A DNA stretch of 64,000 bases from Monocercomonoides exilis PA203. Lineage: Eukaryota > Protista > Preaxostyla. The stretch is taken from positions 69,336-133,335 of the forward strand of contig LSRY02000072.1 in NCBI GenBank assembly GCA_001643675.2. Direction: 5' to 3'. The stretch's first letter is position 1, and each line of letters begins with the position of its first letter. A program made the translations under genes and the position numbers. The notes below the pieces were generated by a model that was not told the DNA's origin, did no database searches, and worked only from the letters and a program-made list of their open reading frames with translations. This document shows, piece by piece, positions 1 through 13,462 of this stretch.

Positions 1-671
1 CTCTTTGTTCTCTTTGTTCTCTTTGTATTGTGCTGAATTATTTGGCAGTTGAGACTTGAAATCGAGCCATTTCAGATAGAATTGCAGAAATGGATGCAAA
101 AGATAAGCAAATTTCGCATCGTTCAGCTCTTCTTCTGTGAAATGAGAGAGTATTTCCTGTTTGGTTGTTTGGGGGATTCTTGAAGAAGATGTTGAAGATG
201 CTGAGGAGGCTGAGGGGGCTGAAGAAGAAGAGGAAGAAGAGGAAGAAGAGGAAGAAGAAGGATTTGATGAAGGGGGATTTGAAAAAGAAATTCCATTGTT
301 GTTATTATTACTCTTTCCTTCTCTTTCACCGTTAGCCGATAAAACCGCCCTCCCCACATTTTTATTTTTGACATGTTTCATGTCAAATTTCACATCTTCA
401 TTCAAATCTGCCTCTGCAAATGGCGAAAGCACCGCCAACAACGCGGGAGAAAGAAAAATCGGGTGATTTTTTGGGAGAAGCGATGAAGCAGCGACGAAAG
501 CAGACAAAACCAAGCAGACTGAGCAAATGTGGGAGATGGAAGGCGAATGGGCGAGTAAAGAGAAGAGCGAAGGGACGAAGGCGAAATGCGGGTGGAACAA
601 AGAGCAGAGGAGGGTGAGAGAGGCACAGGGGTCGATGAAAGGGGAAGAGGAAAAGGAGGAAGGGGAAAGGA

Positions 672-702
<31 letters not shown>

Positions 703-3700
703 AGAGGAAGAAGAAGAATGAGAATAGGAAGGGCCGAATAGCATTTCAGAAGGAGAGACGCGAGAAAAAGGGGGGAGGACAGAAGAAGAGGAAGAAGAAG
801 AGGAAGGGAAGAATTGAGAAGGAGAAGGGGCGAAGGATGTGGGGAAAGAGGCGAAGGAAGAGGAAGAAGAGAAAGAGGACGAGAAAGAAGGGAAAGAAGA
901 AGAGGAAGAGAAAGGAAGAAAAGGTGAAAAATCTTTTGTTCTGAACGTTGAAGAACGCCAAAAACTAGAGCGATACGAGGAAGAGTGAGAAAGAGAAGAA
1001 GAATGAGATATGCGGAGGAGGAGCAGGAGGAGGCGTAGAAGGGTGTGAAGATGGGAAATGATGGCTGGAGTGGAGAGGGAGGTGGAGGAGACGAAGAGAT
1101 TGCCACTGAAAACTCTGTTTGGGGAAAAAAAATGGAGTGGAGAAGAAGAAGAAGAAGAAGGAAAAAAAAAAGAGAGAGAGAGAGAGAGGAAGGGAAAAGT
1201 GGAGAAAGAAATTTATATGGAAAATAAGGGGGAAAAACAAATAAATAAATAAATAAATAATAAAGAGTAAGAAGAAATAAACAGAAAAGAAAAAAAAGAT
1301 GAAAGAAAAAAATAAAAATAAAAATTTAATAAAAAATTAAAGTAAATTAATTCGATTTGATTTAGTAACACACTGCAATCTGAATGAAAGGGCAGGAAGG
1401 AGAATAAAAGAGCGCATGAGGATGCGAATGGAGCAGAAGAACAAGGAATTCATCACACGGCATATCATTGTGGGCTGATGGGGGTGGAAGAGATGGAAGG
1501 GGAAAAAAGAAGAGGAGGAGGAAGAAGAGGAAGAGGAAGAGGAGAATGAAGAAGAAGAAGAGGAGGAGGAGGAGGAAGAAGAAGATGATGATGATGATGA
1601 TGTTGCTGTTGCTGTTGTTGAATGAAGTGGTTGATGATTGGAATGTTTTCGTTTCTTTTGTTGTTTTGCCTTCTTTGAATTTCCTTCTTTTGACTCAGGT
1701 GAATTGGGAGATGTCGAATGAAAAGAAGGAGGAGAAGAAGAAGAAGGCGAATGTGATGATAGAAGAACGGTGGGTGATTGCTCAGATGATATTGAAGATG
1801 AAGAGGAAGAGGAGGAGGAGGAAGATGATGATGATGTGGAAGACGATGGAGGAGGCCGTGGTGATGCTGATGTTGATGTTGATGTTGATGATGTGGAAGA
1901 AGAGGTTGAAGAAGATGTTGAAGAAGAGGTTGAAGAAGTTGTCGTTGTAGATGAAGAAGAAGAAGAAGAAGAAACAGCTGAAGCCATCGAAGAAGACGAC
2001 GATGAATTGTCAGCAGCAGAAGAAATGGCAGAGGCAGAAGAGAAAGCGGAAAGCGGAAGAGAAGCAAGTATTTCCGCCAGTCCAGAGGAATGCGACGAAG
2101 AAAACTGCATCGAAGGGGAAGAAGGCGAGAGCGGGGGTTGATTGGAGGCGAAGGAGGAGGGAGGGTTGGCAGAGAAAGAAGAGCGAGAAGAAGAAGAAGA
2201 AATGGCGTTGTCTCCATTTGCCTCAGAAGAGCAGTTCTGTTTGGACGTTGTTGTTCTGGTTGTTTCACTGTCGTCGCTGTCGAAAGGGGAAAGAGAAGGA
2301 GGGAAGAGGTTGGTGGATTGGGAGAGGGGGGGAGAAGAAGGAAGAGGAAGAGAAGGCAAATGGCTTGAAGAAGAAGAAGATTTACTGTCAATGTTACAAG
2401 AAGGAGAACTAACAATAGGAGGTTGTTGTGATTGTGATTGAGATTGGAGTGGCTGAGGCTTTTTCTGTTTGAATAAAATGTCTTTCTCTTTTGATGATGT
2501 GTTCGCTTCTTTCGTCACTTCTTCTTCTGCTGCCGCTTTCGCATTTTCTGTATATGTCTGAATTTCTTTTCCTTTCTTTTCTCTTTCTTTCTCTTTCTCT
2601 TTCTCTTTCTCTTCTTCCTTTTCCTTTTCCTTTTCCTTTTCCTTTTTCTCTTCTTCTCCTTTTCCTTCTTCTTCTTCTTCTTCTGTCTTCTCTTCCTCAC
2701 TCTCACTTTCGCTCTTCTCTTCCTCCCACAATGCATCTTCCAAAAGATCTTCCTCCAAAAACAGCTCCATTGCCTTCTTCACTCTCTTCATGTCGCTCCT
2801 CTCCTCCTCTTCTTCCTCTCCTCCTCCACTTCCATTCGAATTTGCTGAAGCATTCATTGAATTTGCATTTAGCGCTTTTGTTCCTTCTTCTTCATTTCCT
2901 TCTCCTTTCCTCTCTCTCTTTTTCGGATCTGCCCTTCTGATCTCCTTCCCTCTCTTCAAGTCTTCCTCGTCTTGTCTTCGCTGCTTCCTCCTCTCTGCCT
3001 CTCGAAACATGAGAGATTTTTCTCTCTCTTCTTCATCTGCGATCGCATCCATAAGCTCTTTCTCAAATTCGGGATCCTCTTGCCCTTTCAAATGGCTGCC
3101 TTTTTGCTCTTCGTATCGCACCCAGTCGTCCATGTCAACTAGAAGATCAGCTTGATCGATCCATTTTACTGACAAAAAAGTTCTGGTGGAATTGAAAAAA
3201 AAGTTAATATTTAATGTATTGCCATATTAATATGCAAGTTTTCAAAAATTGTAAATAAAGAAAATTGCAAGGTTGCAAACTGTATTGCTTCGCAAACGCA
3301 TTTTCGAACAGTGGCATTTTTGTGCTGTTAACAAATGACAAAACGTTTCAATTCCAGTTAACAATAAATAATGAAAAAAATAATAACTATCATACATTTA
3401 ATAGTCGAAGGAATAATCGAAATACGTCCACGTGACGAGCTTCAATATCTCTGGGAAGATATCCTGTTTCAAGAAATGCTAGAATGCAAAATGCTTTTGT
3501 CTATTTCAAGAAAAGAAGGTTATAATGAAAATATAAATAAAAGCAAAACTCGTATTTGCTGAGAAAATGCTCGAGAAAGCAAATTTAGCAAGAATTGAAA
3601 TGCTCCAGTTTCAAGAAAAGGAGATATCGATAAAAGTTGATCTTTATTTAAAAATTTAAATTGTTATTCTTGTATAACATTACAGAAAAATTACAAACTA

Positions 3701-3909
3701 TGGTGACAAATTCGTAAGAGTTTGTCCAATAACGAATTAAGTAGATCCTCGGAATATGAAAACTTGGTGCTAATTGGCGTTAATATATCAAATTTCTATT
3801 AATCATTTATATTTTTCCAGTTCAATCAAAATCAAAGCATAAATATAAAAGCATATACATTTGTGTCAATCTCCCTGAAATTGGTTGTTTTAGAACAGCA
3901 ATTCCCCAT
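1..3909 (-). CDS. Multi-exon hypothetical protein, Ser/Glu-rich low complexity, N-terminal MGNCCSK; runs off the left edge of the window
   Basis: ATG at 3909 (MGNCCSKTTNFREIDTN) followed by a GT donor. Several short exons lie at about 3250-3800, then the large exon ORF 1337-3175 and an intron at about 1115-1372. The last exon frame (...SSRIPQTTKQEILSHFTEEELNDAKFAYLLHPFLQFYLKWLDF...) stays open to position 1. No family recognised; internal exon boundaries are approximate. Confidence 0.6.
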
Positions 3910-4382
3910 TAAAACATGTTTTTATTAAAATTGATAGAAATTATTTCTTATGCCTTATCTGATCAGAATGAGAATTCATTCAGAAAAGAAACATATTATT
4001 GAAAAAGTCAAACTGTTTTTCATGAAAATGTTTGTATCTTTTTTATTTCTTCTCATAAAGTTTTAATATTTTTTACCATTGTTTCAAGAACTTTTAATCA
4101 AGAAAAAAATACTTTGGTTCGATTCAAATGATAAAAAAATCGACAATAATATGTGGAAAAATGTGAAAAGAATAAGTTTATTGCAAAGTGGCAAAAAGTT
4201 GAAAAACCTTGATATTTTTTTATATTTCCAATAATTTTGAAAAAAAGTTGGAGTGAATCAAAAATAACCTTTTGATAAATGTAAATATTGGAAAAATACA
4301 AATTAACTTGTTTCATTGCATTTTAATCTTTTATTATTGTTATTTTTTTATCAAAAAACATAATTGTTCTTGTAATAGCAGG

Positions 4383-6321
4383 CTAGTCCTTTTCATCCCA
4401 TCTTAAGCATTTTGTGAGAAGATAAAACAGAATCGCAAGCAAATTGCAGACGGCAAGCAAAATAATAAATGTGTTGGCTGAGCCATCAATAACCCCTCCA
4501 GGCAGCCATATGTTCATTCTACGACAAAGAAAAAAGCAATGAATAAAAAAAAATCATAAAATAAATTATAAATTCGTTTAATATATGCAAAATTGAAATA
4601 AAACAAAGAAAAAAAATTAGATATTAATGCCTTGAAACAAAAATACAAATAGAAAAACATTCATTTGAATGCAAATAACAATTCACCGCATATCCAAAAG
4701 CACACCCCCAGCACGACGGGATCATCTGCGCCATCATCATCACACACGTTACAATCGACAAATCTTTTGCGAGCACGGACAGATGATTGGAATATCTTGA
4801 GAGAGACACAGAAAGAGAAGCCAAATGGTTTGTGTGCAAGTCAAGCAGAGTGGAGTGGTAGTGCGACGTTGTGTGGAGGAGGAAGAGAGAAAGATCGCCG
4901 ACGGAACGGAAAAATGGAAAGAGGAACGGAGAAATAAAATGTTTTGTTTGGGCTTTTTTGGAAGAGAAGGAGTGGATTGTGCTGTCTGAAAAACGGAAAA
5001 GAGAGAGAAAGAGAGAGAGAAATTGTACGCATTAATAAAAGTGTATTAAAAAATATTGAAAAAGAATAAAGATAATTCGAAATTAAGAAAAAGATTGAAA
5101 TCAAAGGGAAAAAACTGTGTTTGATGGCAATCACAAATACAGACAAACATATGAAAGCCAATTTCTATCTTATTCACTTTTATTTCAACAAAATCTACTA
5201 ATTTTATTTTTTATATTTTTCTATAATTTCACCGCAATCTCTTCCTCCTTCACCAAATTCTATGACACACTTGATCTTGGGGTGATTGCTGATATAATTT
5301 CTGGAAGAGGCGCCAAACATCTTCTGATTGCATTCACTTTGCGCCTGTCTGCCTCAAATCGCAGAAGCAGCTCGTCTTGTTCACCAACTCCTTGTAGCGA
5401 CTGGCTGAGCGAACGGAGGGCAGATAACTGAAATGTCAAAATAATTAGAGTTTTGAGGAATGTGATTAAAATGGGAAGATGTTTGATGATAAATTGATGA
5501 AAATTTTATTGCGAAAAAAAAGAAAAGAAAGGTTAGGCAAATTTGAATATAAAAGTGTACAGAAGGAAGACAGGAGAAAAGATTTTTTTAAATTTTCCTC
5601 CAAAAAATATGTTGACAATAATTCATACTTCAGTTTCAAATTGTTCAACAAGTGGTTTGAATTGGATAACTAATGTATTCAGTAAAGAATAAAGTACATA
5701 CGCAGGAGATATCATTTTGCTTCTTCGTAAAAATAAATTGGTCGTGTTAGAAGAAGAAGCATTTTCTCTTTTTAAAGGTGGTTTTGTCTGATGATTCCTT
5801 TTGATTGGAGGAAATCGTGGAAGAGAATTATCAAAGACCTTAATATCCTAAAAAATGTGAAATTTTCCGATAAAATTATAAAAAGTTCGATTATGAATGT
5901 ATTACTTTTTTCAATGTTCAAAATATCAAACATCTCTATATGTTTCATTTATATCAATCCAAGCTTGTTCGATAACTGCAGCAAATTGACGGTGAAATGT
6001 CACCAAAACTGTCTCTCCAAGTACGAATGATATTGGAATTTCATCTCCATTCTCATTTTTAGAATAGCAAATTAGAAAAAGGTATGTATCAAATAGCTCC
6101 CACTTTGCGCTTGAATCTTGATTAATAATATCATCAACTGTCAGGGGATGTAAATTGAAAATATAAGCTAATTTTTTCATCTCTTCACGAGAGGGTTCTC
6201 CTTGTAAGTCAATCCATAAAGGTTTTTCTTTTGAAGGACAAGTACATTTCATGTATGAAACAAAATCTGTAAAAGAATTAAAGTCAAGAATGTTTTCATC
6301 TGAGCATATTGAAATAAGCAT
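4383..6321 (-). CDS. CorA/ALR1-family Mg2+ transporter (multi-exon)
   Basis: N-terminal WIDLQG...LAYIFNLHPLTVDDI...KWELFDTYLF is typical of CorA. The GMN signature is rebuilt across an intron (TGG GG|A ATG AAC = CWGMNIWLPG) between two hydrophobic helices. Stop TAG at 4383-4385; the start codon is uncertain. Confidence 0.85.
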
Positions 6322-6491
6322 TTATATCATGATTTTATTTTCTGACCCAATAAAGCAACAATAACTATTTTTTGAGATTAAATGAAACGAAATATGGTAT
6401 TATCAATTGATCTTATAGTTAAGATAAAAGGTGATTAATTTTATATTTACAAACTTTGAGACAAGTTATATTTCATTTTTTGAATAGACAT

Positions 6492-7080
6492 ATGGCTCAT
6501 AGACAAGAAAGAAGGCCCGAGGATGAAATCTTTTATTCTGAAAAAGTGTGCGACGATATGTATGAATATCGGTTTGTGAGAAATGGATTGCTTTATTTTT
6601 AATATAATTGGTGATTTATATTTGAAAAATTGTATTTGAATTATTTTTTGAAGTCATGTAATTTTACCGAAAGAAATTGCAGCCAAAGGTGTGTAAATAT
6701 CCTTAAAAATCATTTTTTGAATTATAACTTTGTAATCAGTTCCAAAAGATCGTCTTATGAGTGAAGAAGAATGGAGATCTATTGGCATACAGCAATCTCA
6801 GGGGTTTGCACTTTTTGAAATTTTTCGAATTTAACAATTTCATCTTTCTTTAGATGGGTATGTTTTCTTTTATTATCTTGACATAAAGTATTAAATATTA
6901 AAAACGTTGTGGTTTTAATTGCTTTTTATCCGCGTATTCAAATTATTGTGAAGGGTATGGTCACTCATTTTTAATATTTTCTTATTTCATATGTGTTTAT
7001 TATTTAAAGTTAACTTTGATCGTCATGCACCTGAGCCTCATATAATCCTTTTCAGAAGGCCCCTTCCAAAAGCATCGTAA
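6492..7080 (+). CDS. CKS1: Cyclin-dependent kinase regulatory subunit CKS1/Suc1, 84 aa, six exons including 4-nt and 1-nt micro-exons
   Basis: Exons 6492-6571, 6654-6688, 6740-6803, 6854-6857, 6954 and 7010-7080 translate to [84 protein letters not shown]. This contains the CKS motifs [20 protein letters not shown].GW and H.PEPH...FRRP. Missed by the ORF track. Confidence 0.95.
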
Positions 7081-7876
7081 TTTCAACAGAATTAACATGC
7101 TTTTCATTAAATTATTAATTTCCTCTTTACACAAAAAAAGATAATCACTTCATTTTTATTTATTGTAATTCATATATATTTTTTGTTTAAAAGTTAATAA
7201 AAGGAAATAATTTTTAAAAACTTTTAATTCAATTATGCGTAATAAGAAAGTTCTGATAATGTTATCACTGAAATTCTGGTGATTTGCATTTTTCCATCAA
7301 AAACATTCCATAAAAATTGGGTGAAAAAAAACCATCACTTATAAATCTTCGTTGTTGCCCTGGAGTTTCATTAACGAACAAATACATAAAATATATAAAC
7401 TCATTTCATTTTCATTCCATTAAGATCAAAAATTATAAACTAAACAGAATAGAAACTTTTCTCATTTTAACATTTTCATTTAAAGAAACTTAATAAAAAT
7501 GTAATACATATAAAAATTATAAAAATGGAGATGTATAAAAATGGGAAAAATGCATATAATTCTCAGAAAGATGACATAAACAAGATGAAAATTTCGACAG
7601 CAACAGACAAAAAAAAAGTAAATGGAAAATGATGTGCATTTCATCGAGATTAAGTAAAGCAAGCCGAGATGATGTAAGTGTAAATTTTTCTCTTAAATTC
7701 AAGGTTTAAGTAAAATTCAATGACCATGAAAGTTAAAGGCAATAATAATGGTGGCAGCAAAAAAAAGAAGACGAAAATTTTGTTGGAAACGAAAATTTTT
7801 CAGAAGAAGAAAAAAAACAAGAACAAGAACAAGGCAATTGAAGGGATTAGATTCGGTCTCAAATAAATTCATTCTG

Positions 7877-10800
7877 TCACAATGCATAGCCAACCATGTC
7901 TTGTGTCACATCATCACTTTCCATCTGGATCTTCTTTCTCTCATCGTCCAGAAGCGGATCCCTCGCCACAATTCTTTTAAAGTTCGACTTCTTCCACTTC
8001 TTTTTGCAGCAGCCACAGAACAATTTCCCGCTGAATATGAATTCCACCACTGGTACAAGCTTCCCAATGTAGTTCAAATACACAAATGTTCCTCCTAATG
8101 CTGTTATCAGCCCCACAGCCGATGTCTTAAATGACCTCGTCGTCACTGTCATCGTCTGCGACAGCTCCACAAACACCTCCACGCCCACACTCAGCATGAA
8201 ATTGATATCGCTGTTCTCTTCTTGAGAACCAGGTCTGATTGAAATCCTGTTTGCTTCGTGGCCCATCTGCACAATATGCTTCCACTTGTTCTCTTCGTAC
8301 TTGCTAACCATCAGCTCAGCAACAACCTGGGTTTGTTCTCCGCCTTTGAAAACATGCGATGAATCTCCATCAAAATGGCTTTCTGCCTGTGATTTGTATG
8401 TTGCATCAAGGAAGAAGTAGCCTTTCTGTTGGGCTACTCCAGAATCAACAGAGATGAATGCGTCTATTCCATAGAATAGTGCATCTTTCTCTTTTGAATA
8501 GAACGAAAGAAGTTTCACTCGTCGATCAACTGCATCAATGCTGATATTCTCCGCAGAAAGTTGAATTGTGCAATCTGCTGTTGACGTGAATAATTTGTTT
8601 GGAGACGGAGATTGATAACATATTGGCGCGATAGCAGCTGACTCATTCGGATAAATATCTGAAAAGATACATTTAGAAGCATTATAAAAGATAGTTGATT
8701 TAACATAAATTTTGAAAGGAAGAAAAAGAATGAAATAAAATAAAATTGAATTCTGAAAACAGAAGGCAAACCCAATGGATCATAAGAAGTCTTTCCTATT
8801 CCAAGAAGTGGAGAGCATTCTCCTTGTGCTTCAATTTGCTTATCCTTCACATCCTTCACGCATTCCCCTGAATAATCTCTCAGTCGAATTAAAAATTCCA
8901 TCTTTTTATTTGAAAACTTATCCAGCGTTATGTTCTGCGATTTCGGATCTACATACAATCGATTTTCAAGCGTGTTTATCAAAAAGAACAGCACAACTAC
9001 CGCAGAAGCAGCGCCAACCACAAAGCAAATGCCAATAATCGAAACGCATCCGCCATAACTCGTCTTCCTCACAATCTTCACTGCCTTGTGTGTTTTCTCA
9101 TCGAGGCTGTTCTTGTAGGAGTCTGAGTATTGATCCAGCATGTACAGCTTGTCTCTAGTCGGCAGGCAAAAACACACAAAAGCTACAACCAAGCCAAGCG
9201 CCAATGAAACTCCATAAAATAATATTGTGAACATTGTCTCTTTCTTCGAATTCGGATCATACGATTTTGGCTGTTCTGTGCATTTGAAAGGCTCTCTGAG
9301 TAAAGTGTTGTTGTTTGCAGCTGACCCGACAAGGCAGCTGCTGTTTGAAGCACACACATTGCAGCCATCGCTCCCGGCGTTTGGTTGATATGCTCCGCCT
9401 GTGCAAGGAATACACGCACTTATCGAAGACCCTGATCCCCATAAATAAGTGCCAGCCGGACATTTTTCGCATTCTGTTTGATTGAAATGAGATGAATATG
9501 TTCCGCTCTCGCAGAGAGTGCACTGATTTGTGTTTGTGTCGAAAAATGATCCAGGCGAGCAGCCAGAAAGATGACTTTTCAATTTGATTTTGGTTAGTTT
9601 ATTTGTTGCAATGGGCAATGGTGTCATTCCTTCACTCACTGCATATCCTCCGAGGCAATACAGCGAATCGAGCATGAAAGCGCAACTGCCATGCACTAAA
9701 GGATAATCCTTTTCCTCTCTGCCTTCGTCATATTTGTGTGTTGCAAGTTTGATTTCTCCGTGTTCATCGAAAGTGAATACAGAAAGATACGATTTCTTTG
9801 CCACTCCAGATTCTTCTCCGCCAACTATAAATCCAACTTCTCCATCTCCAACAACAACTCCAGAGCTGCATATCGGATAGTATGGCCCCGACAAGCTTAC
9901 CCAATCATCAAAAATGCTTGTGACTTTTAGTGGATGTACTCTGCAGCCTTCATTGGGATTTTCCCCATTATCTCCCCCGCAAATAAAAAGATGTGGAGCT
10001 GGCTGTTCACCGTCTTCCTTTTCTTCTGCCTTCTTCAAATCTTTCGACTTGTTCTGTGCATTTTTCAAATGTTGATGATTGCTTTTGTTCGAATCAATTG
10101 GTTCTTCTCTGCGAAAAATGCTTTTCACAAAAACAGTTGGTCTCTGAACCGCAATGCGCATTTTCATAACTTTGAACCATTCTGACGTTGCGAAATTGAA
10201 TGTCCAGATGTCGTGAAGCAGATTCTTGTTGATATCACAACCTCCAACAATATACAAAATAGACTCATAAATTGTGGCACCAGAACGGCACATTTTCGGC
10301 GGCCTTTTCTCGCCTTTCACTTTTATCTTCCTCCAAGAATATGTCGCTTTATTATACTCCCAAAGATCATTGCTCATCGTCAGAAAATCTCCGTTGCTGC
10401 TATAAGTTGCTCCGCCAAACACAAAAATTCTTCCATTCAATGCGACAACTGCTGCTTCACCAAGCAACGGTTCTCCCTCGCTTTGAAATTCTGATTCGCC
10501 AAACTCCATCCATATCATCGTCCGAAAATCGAATTTTTTGCTTACTGGCACCATTTTGTTCAGTTCGGGGTTGTACCCACCGATGACAGCTATTTCTCCA
10601 CTCAATTCAGCAAGATGATGTTTCAATACTGGAAGTGATACATAACAATCACCTGGTGACAGAACATTTACATGGTTGCTTTGACTGCTACGAAGAAAAG
10701 AGGGAGAAGCAGATGTGTTATCCAAAAATCTGTGCACACATCTACTATCCTGAGGTGTTGTCCAATCTTCTTTGTTCAGAAAACAAATTTCATTTGATAT

Positions 10801-11847
10801 GTATGACTGGATTTTTCCACCAAATGCATAAATAGTTCCTTCTTCATCCACAGTACACGAGGCCCCCACGTATCCGATTGTCCAGCCGTCAAAGTAAAAT
10901 GGAACAAGAGTTGCATTTTTAACAGCAGAGTTGAGACCAGCTTCCGTGAGGTTCAAGATTAATGCTTTGTCTAACGCTTCAGTAAATGATCCATCCTTTC
11001 CGCTCCATGCAATTTCATAACACTCTGTTTCTGAAACATAACTTGTAAAACCAGATCGATAAATTGCTCCATTAAAATACTCATCATAAACTATTTCAAT
11101 TAATTGGCAATCATCAGGATTTGCCAAGTTTATTCTGTAAGCACATGGTTTTTCTTTAATATTACTTGTCAGTCCCCCAAAAATAAACAAATAGCTTTTA
11201 AATATGCACGCTCCTCCATCTCGCATCGGAGGTGGATTTTTGGTGGGATTATTTTTTCGTAAGCAACGCCACAAAAATGTCTGTTTGTCCATTTCCCATA
11301 TGTCATTTAACATTCCACGAGATCCTTGTCCTCCGAAAATGTAAACATGTGACTTTGTTTCTGCTTTGTAAGAACCATATCTCTCGCATGGTATACTATC
11401 TGACTGCTGAATAACTTTCCATGAAATTCGTTCAAAATCATATGAAAGCAACTCGTTAGACAGCCCATGACTACTAAGGCCTCCCCAAACATACACATCA
11501 TCTTTAACGCAAAATGATACGCACATGTATCGGTCAGGAAGAACAACAAGATTTGTTGATGGTACTATATTCCACAATTTCCGGTTCAAATCAAAAAAAT
11601 ATGAATCTTTCATGACAATTCCATCACGATCCCTTCCGCCTCCAATGAGCAGACCTTTTCTTTGTGGGGTATTGATGTACTGAATGAATGAACCTTCGCG
11701 TGGATAAGGAGGAGAGCCACTGCCTGGAATACTTTCAACTTCTTCCACCAAATCCAAATCTTCAGGGAAAGCAATTTGAACAAAAAGTACAACAAAAATT
11801 CTGAAAAGTGTAATAAATTTAAAACTAATTGCTGTTGTAAACTGCAT
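7877..11847 (-). CDS. Membrane protein: signal peptide, many kelch repeats, Cys-rich (GCC2/GCC3, ephrin-receptor-like) repeats and three TM helices
   Basis: Repeated kelch GG motifs (YVWGG, YIFGG, FIFGG, YAFGG, FVFGG, YIVGG) and CxxCxxGTY/CPAGTY repeats. ORFs 8515-11847 and 7877-8518 are joined by a GT-AG intron 8659-8771 (DPL|DIYPNES). Confidence 0.85.
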
Positions 11848-12611
11848 AGGAATTTTTCTTTAATGTGTTAAACTTCAGTTTTTAAGTCCAGACATTTTGT
11901 TATGGGTTTTTTTTAGTAGTTTCAAAACATAATAATCCACTCTTTTTATAAAGAAGAAAAGTGTTTTTTAATTTTTTAATTTGATTGTGAAATGTTTGTA
12001 ATTCCGATGCTGAAAGGAAACAAAATTTTGCAAAGAGTTTATTTTTTTTTTCTCTTCTTTGCAAAAATATAGAAAGAAAGAAAAAGAAATTTGAAAAACT
12101 GCCAACAATTTCTATTATTTGTATGTATTACATAAAAAATTTTCGATTTGGAGTTGAAAAGTTTATATTTTGTTTGTTTATTCAGATTTACAAAAACTTT
12201 GAATCTTGAAGTATTTGAAAGGCAATCTTCAATTTCAGAACAAATCTAATATTCATATCCTTCAAAAAGTGTCTTTGATATGATGGCAAATTTTTTGTGA
12301 AAATTTTAGAAAAAAAGAAAATGAACATATTTTATTTACACTTAATTATCTCAAATTGTTTCACCATAACAAAAAGATGGAAAATAATAATGTTTTAAAT
12401 GCAAAATTTTGCTTTTATTTCTGTTCTTCAAAAAAAAATTCGTTAAAAAAATTTTTTTTGCAGCTTAAATCCATTCGATATTTTTTGAAATAGAGTTGAA
12501 ACTTTTTTGAATTAAGAACACAGAAAATATGTTATTTCCAATTTAAAGTATTTTATTGTATTTGTCAATTTGAAAAATAAAAATACAAAAAAAATTTCCA
12601 AACTTAATATC

Positions 12612-12871
12612 TGGGTGATTATTTTTGAATTTATATTTTTTCTCTATCAAAATTTTCTAAATTAACAAATTGAAGCAAATACTTTGAAATCAATCAAATG
12701 TTAACAATGAAATCATAAATGAACTTTTTTATCTTTCCCTGACAACACTTTTTTGAAAGACTGTAATTTGAAAGAATGCAACACTTTTTTGAAAACTCTT
12801 TTGCAAATAACTGTGAATGAGAAAATGATACGTACCTCTAAATATTTTATGATTTCAAAAATAATCGCCCA
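12612..12871. mobile_element. Degenerate MITE, family A (TGGGTGATTATTTTTGAA termini)
   Basis: Left end tgggtgattatttttgaat and right end gatttcaaaaataatcgccca match the termini of the cleaner copy at 55073-55334. Confidence 0.6.
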
Positions 12872-13161
12872 ATTTTTTTTTCATATGGATAATTTATTGT
12901 TTTTTATATGTAAGAAACAAAAGAAATAAACAGCTACGTGGAAATGTTCTTTTTTTAAAACAAAGAAAAAATGAATGATGTTTTAAGATTTTAAAGTAAT
13001 TTTTCGATTTATAAAACGAAATATTGTTAAATATCCATTGGGAATTTTATTTTTCATTAATATTTTCTGTTCCAAGTTTTTTTTTTTGTTATTATTTTTC
13101 TCATTTTTCTTTTTATTATTCGAAAATTCATTGAATGAAAATATTTGACTTTTATGATATA

Positions 13162-13356
13162 CTGATCCTTTTTGCTACCAAACTTTTTTTCGATTTTTGA
13201 TCAAAATAAAAATATCAGTGGGATTCTGAAAAAATGAACAATAATCATCGATTCATACAGCTTTTGATGGTGCTTAAAAATAGAAAAAATTATTTAAACG
13301 AAAACTCATCGAAATTTTAAATTTGATCAAAACTCGAATAAAGTGTGATTGAAAAA
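13162..13356. mobile_element. Degenerate partial copy of the CTGATCCTTTTTG repeat family
   Basis: ctgatcctttttg...tttcgatttttgatcaaaa and ttgatcaaaactcgaataaagtgtgatt resemble 56656-56842. Confidence 0.5.
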
Positions 13357-13462
13357 ATAATTAGCTAACTCCTAATATTTTCCTGGAATTTTTATCAGAA
13401 AATTTCAAAGCTGAACTGTTATATGGACACTGTCATTCATTTTCCTGTAAATAATATTTATA

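Noticed and set aside
161-3155. Numerous overlapping poly-E/K/R/L ORFs, also at 25-26, 34-36, 39-41, 44-45 and 50-52 kb
   Set aside because: These are antisense or alternative-frame shadows of microsatellite-rich or GC-rich exons.
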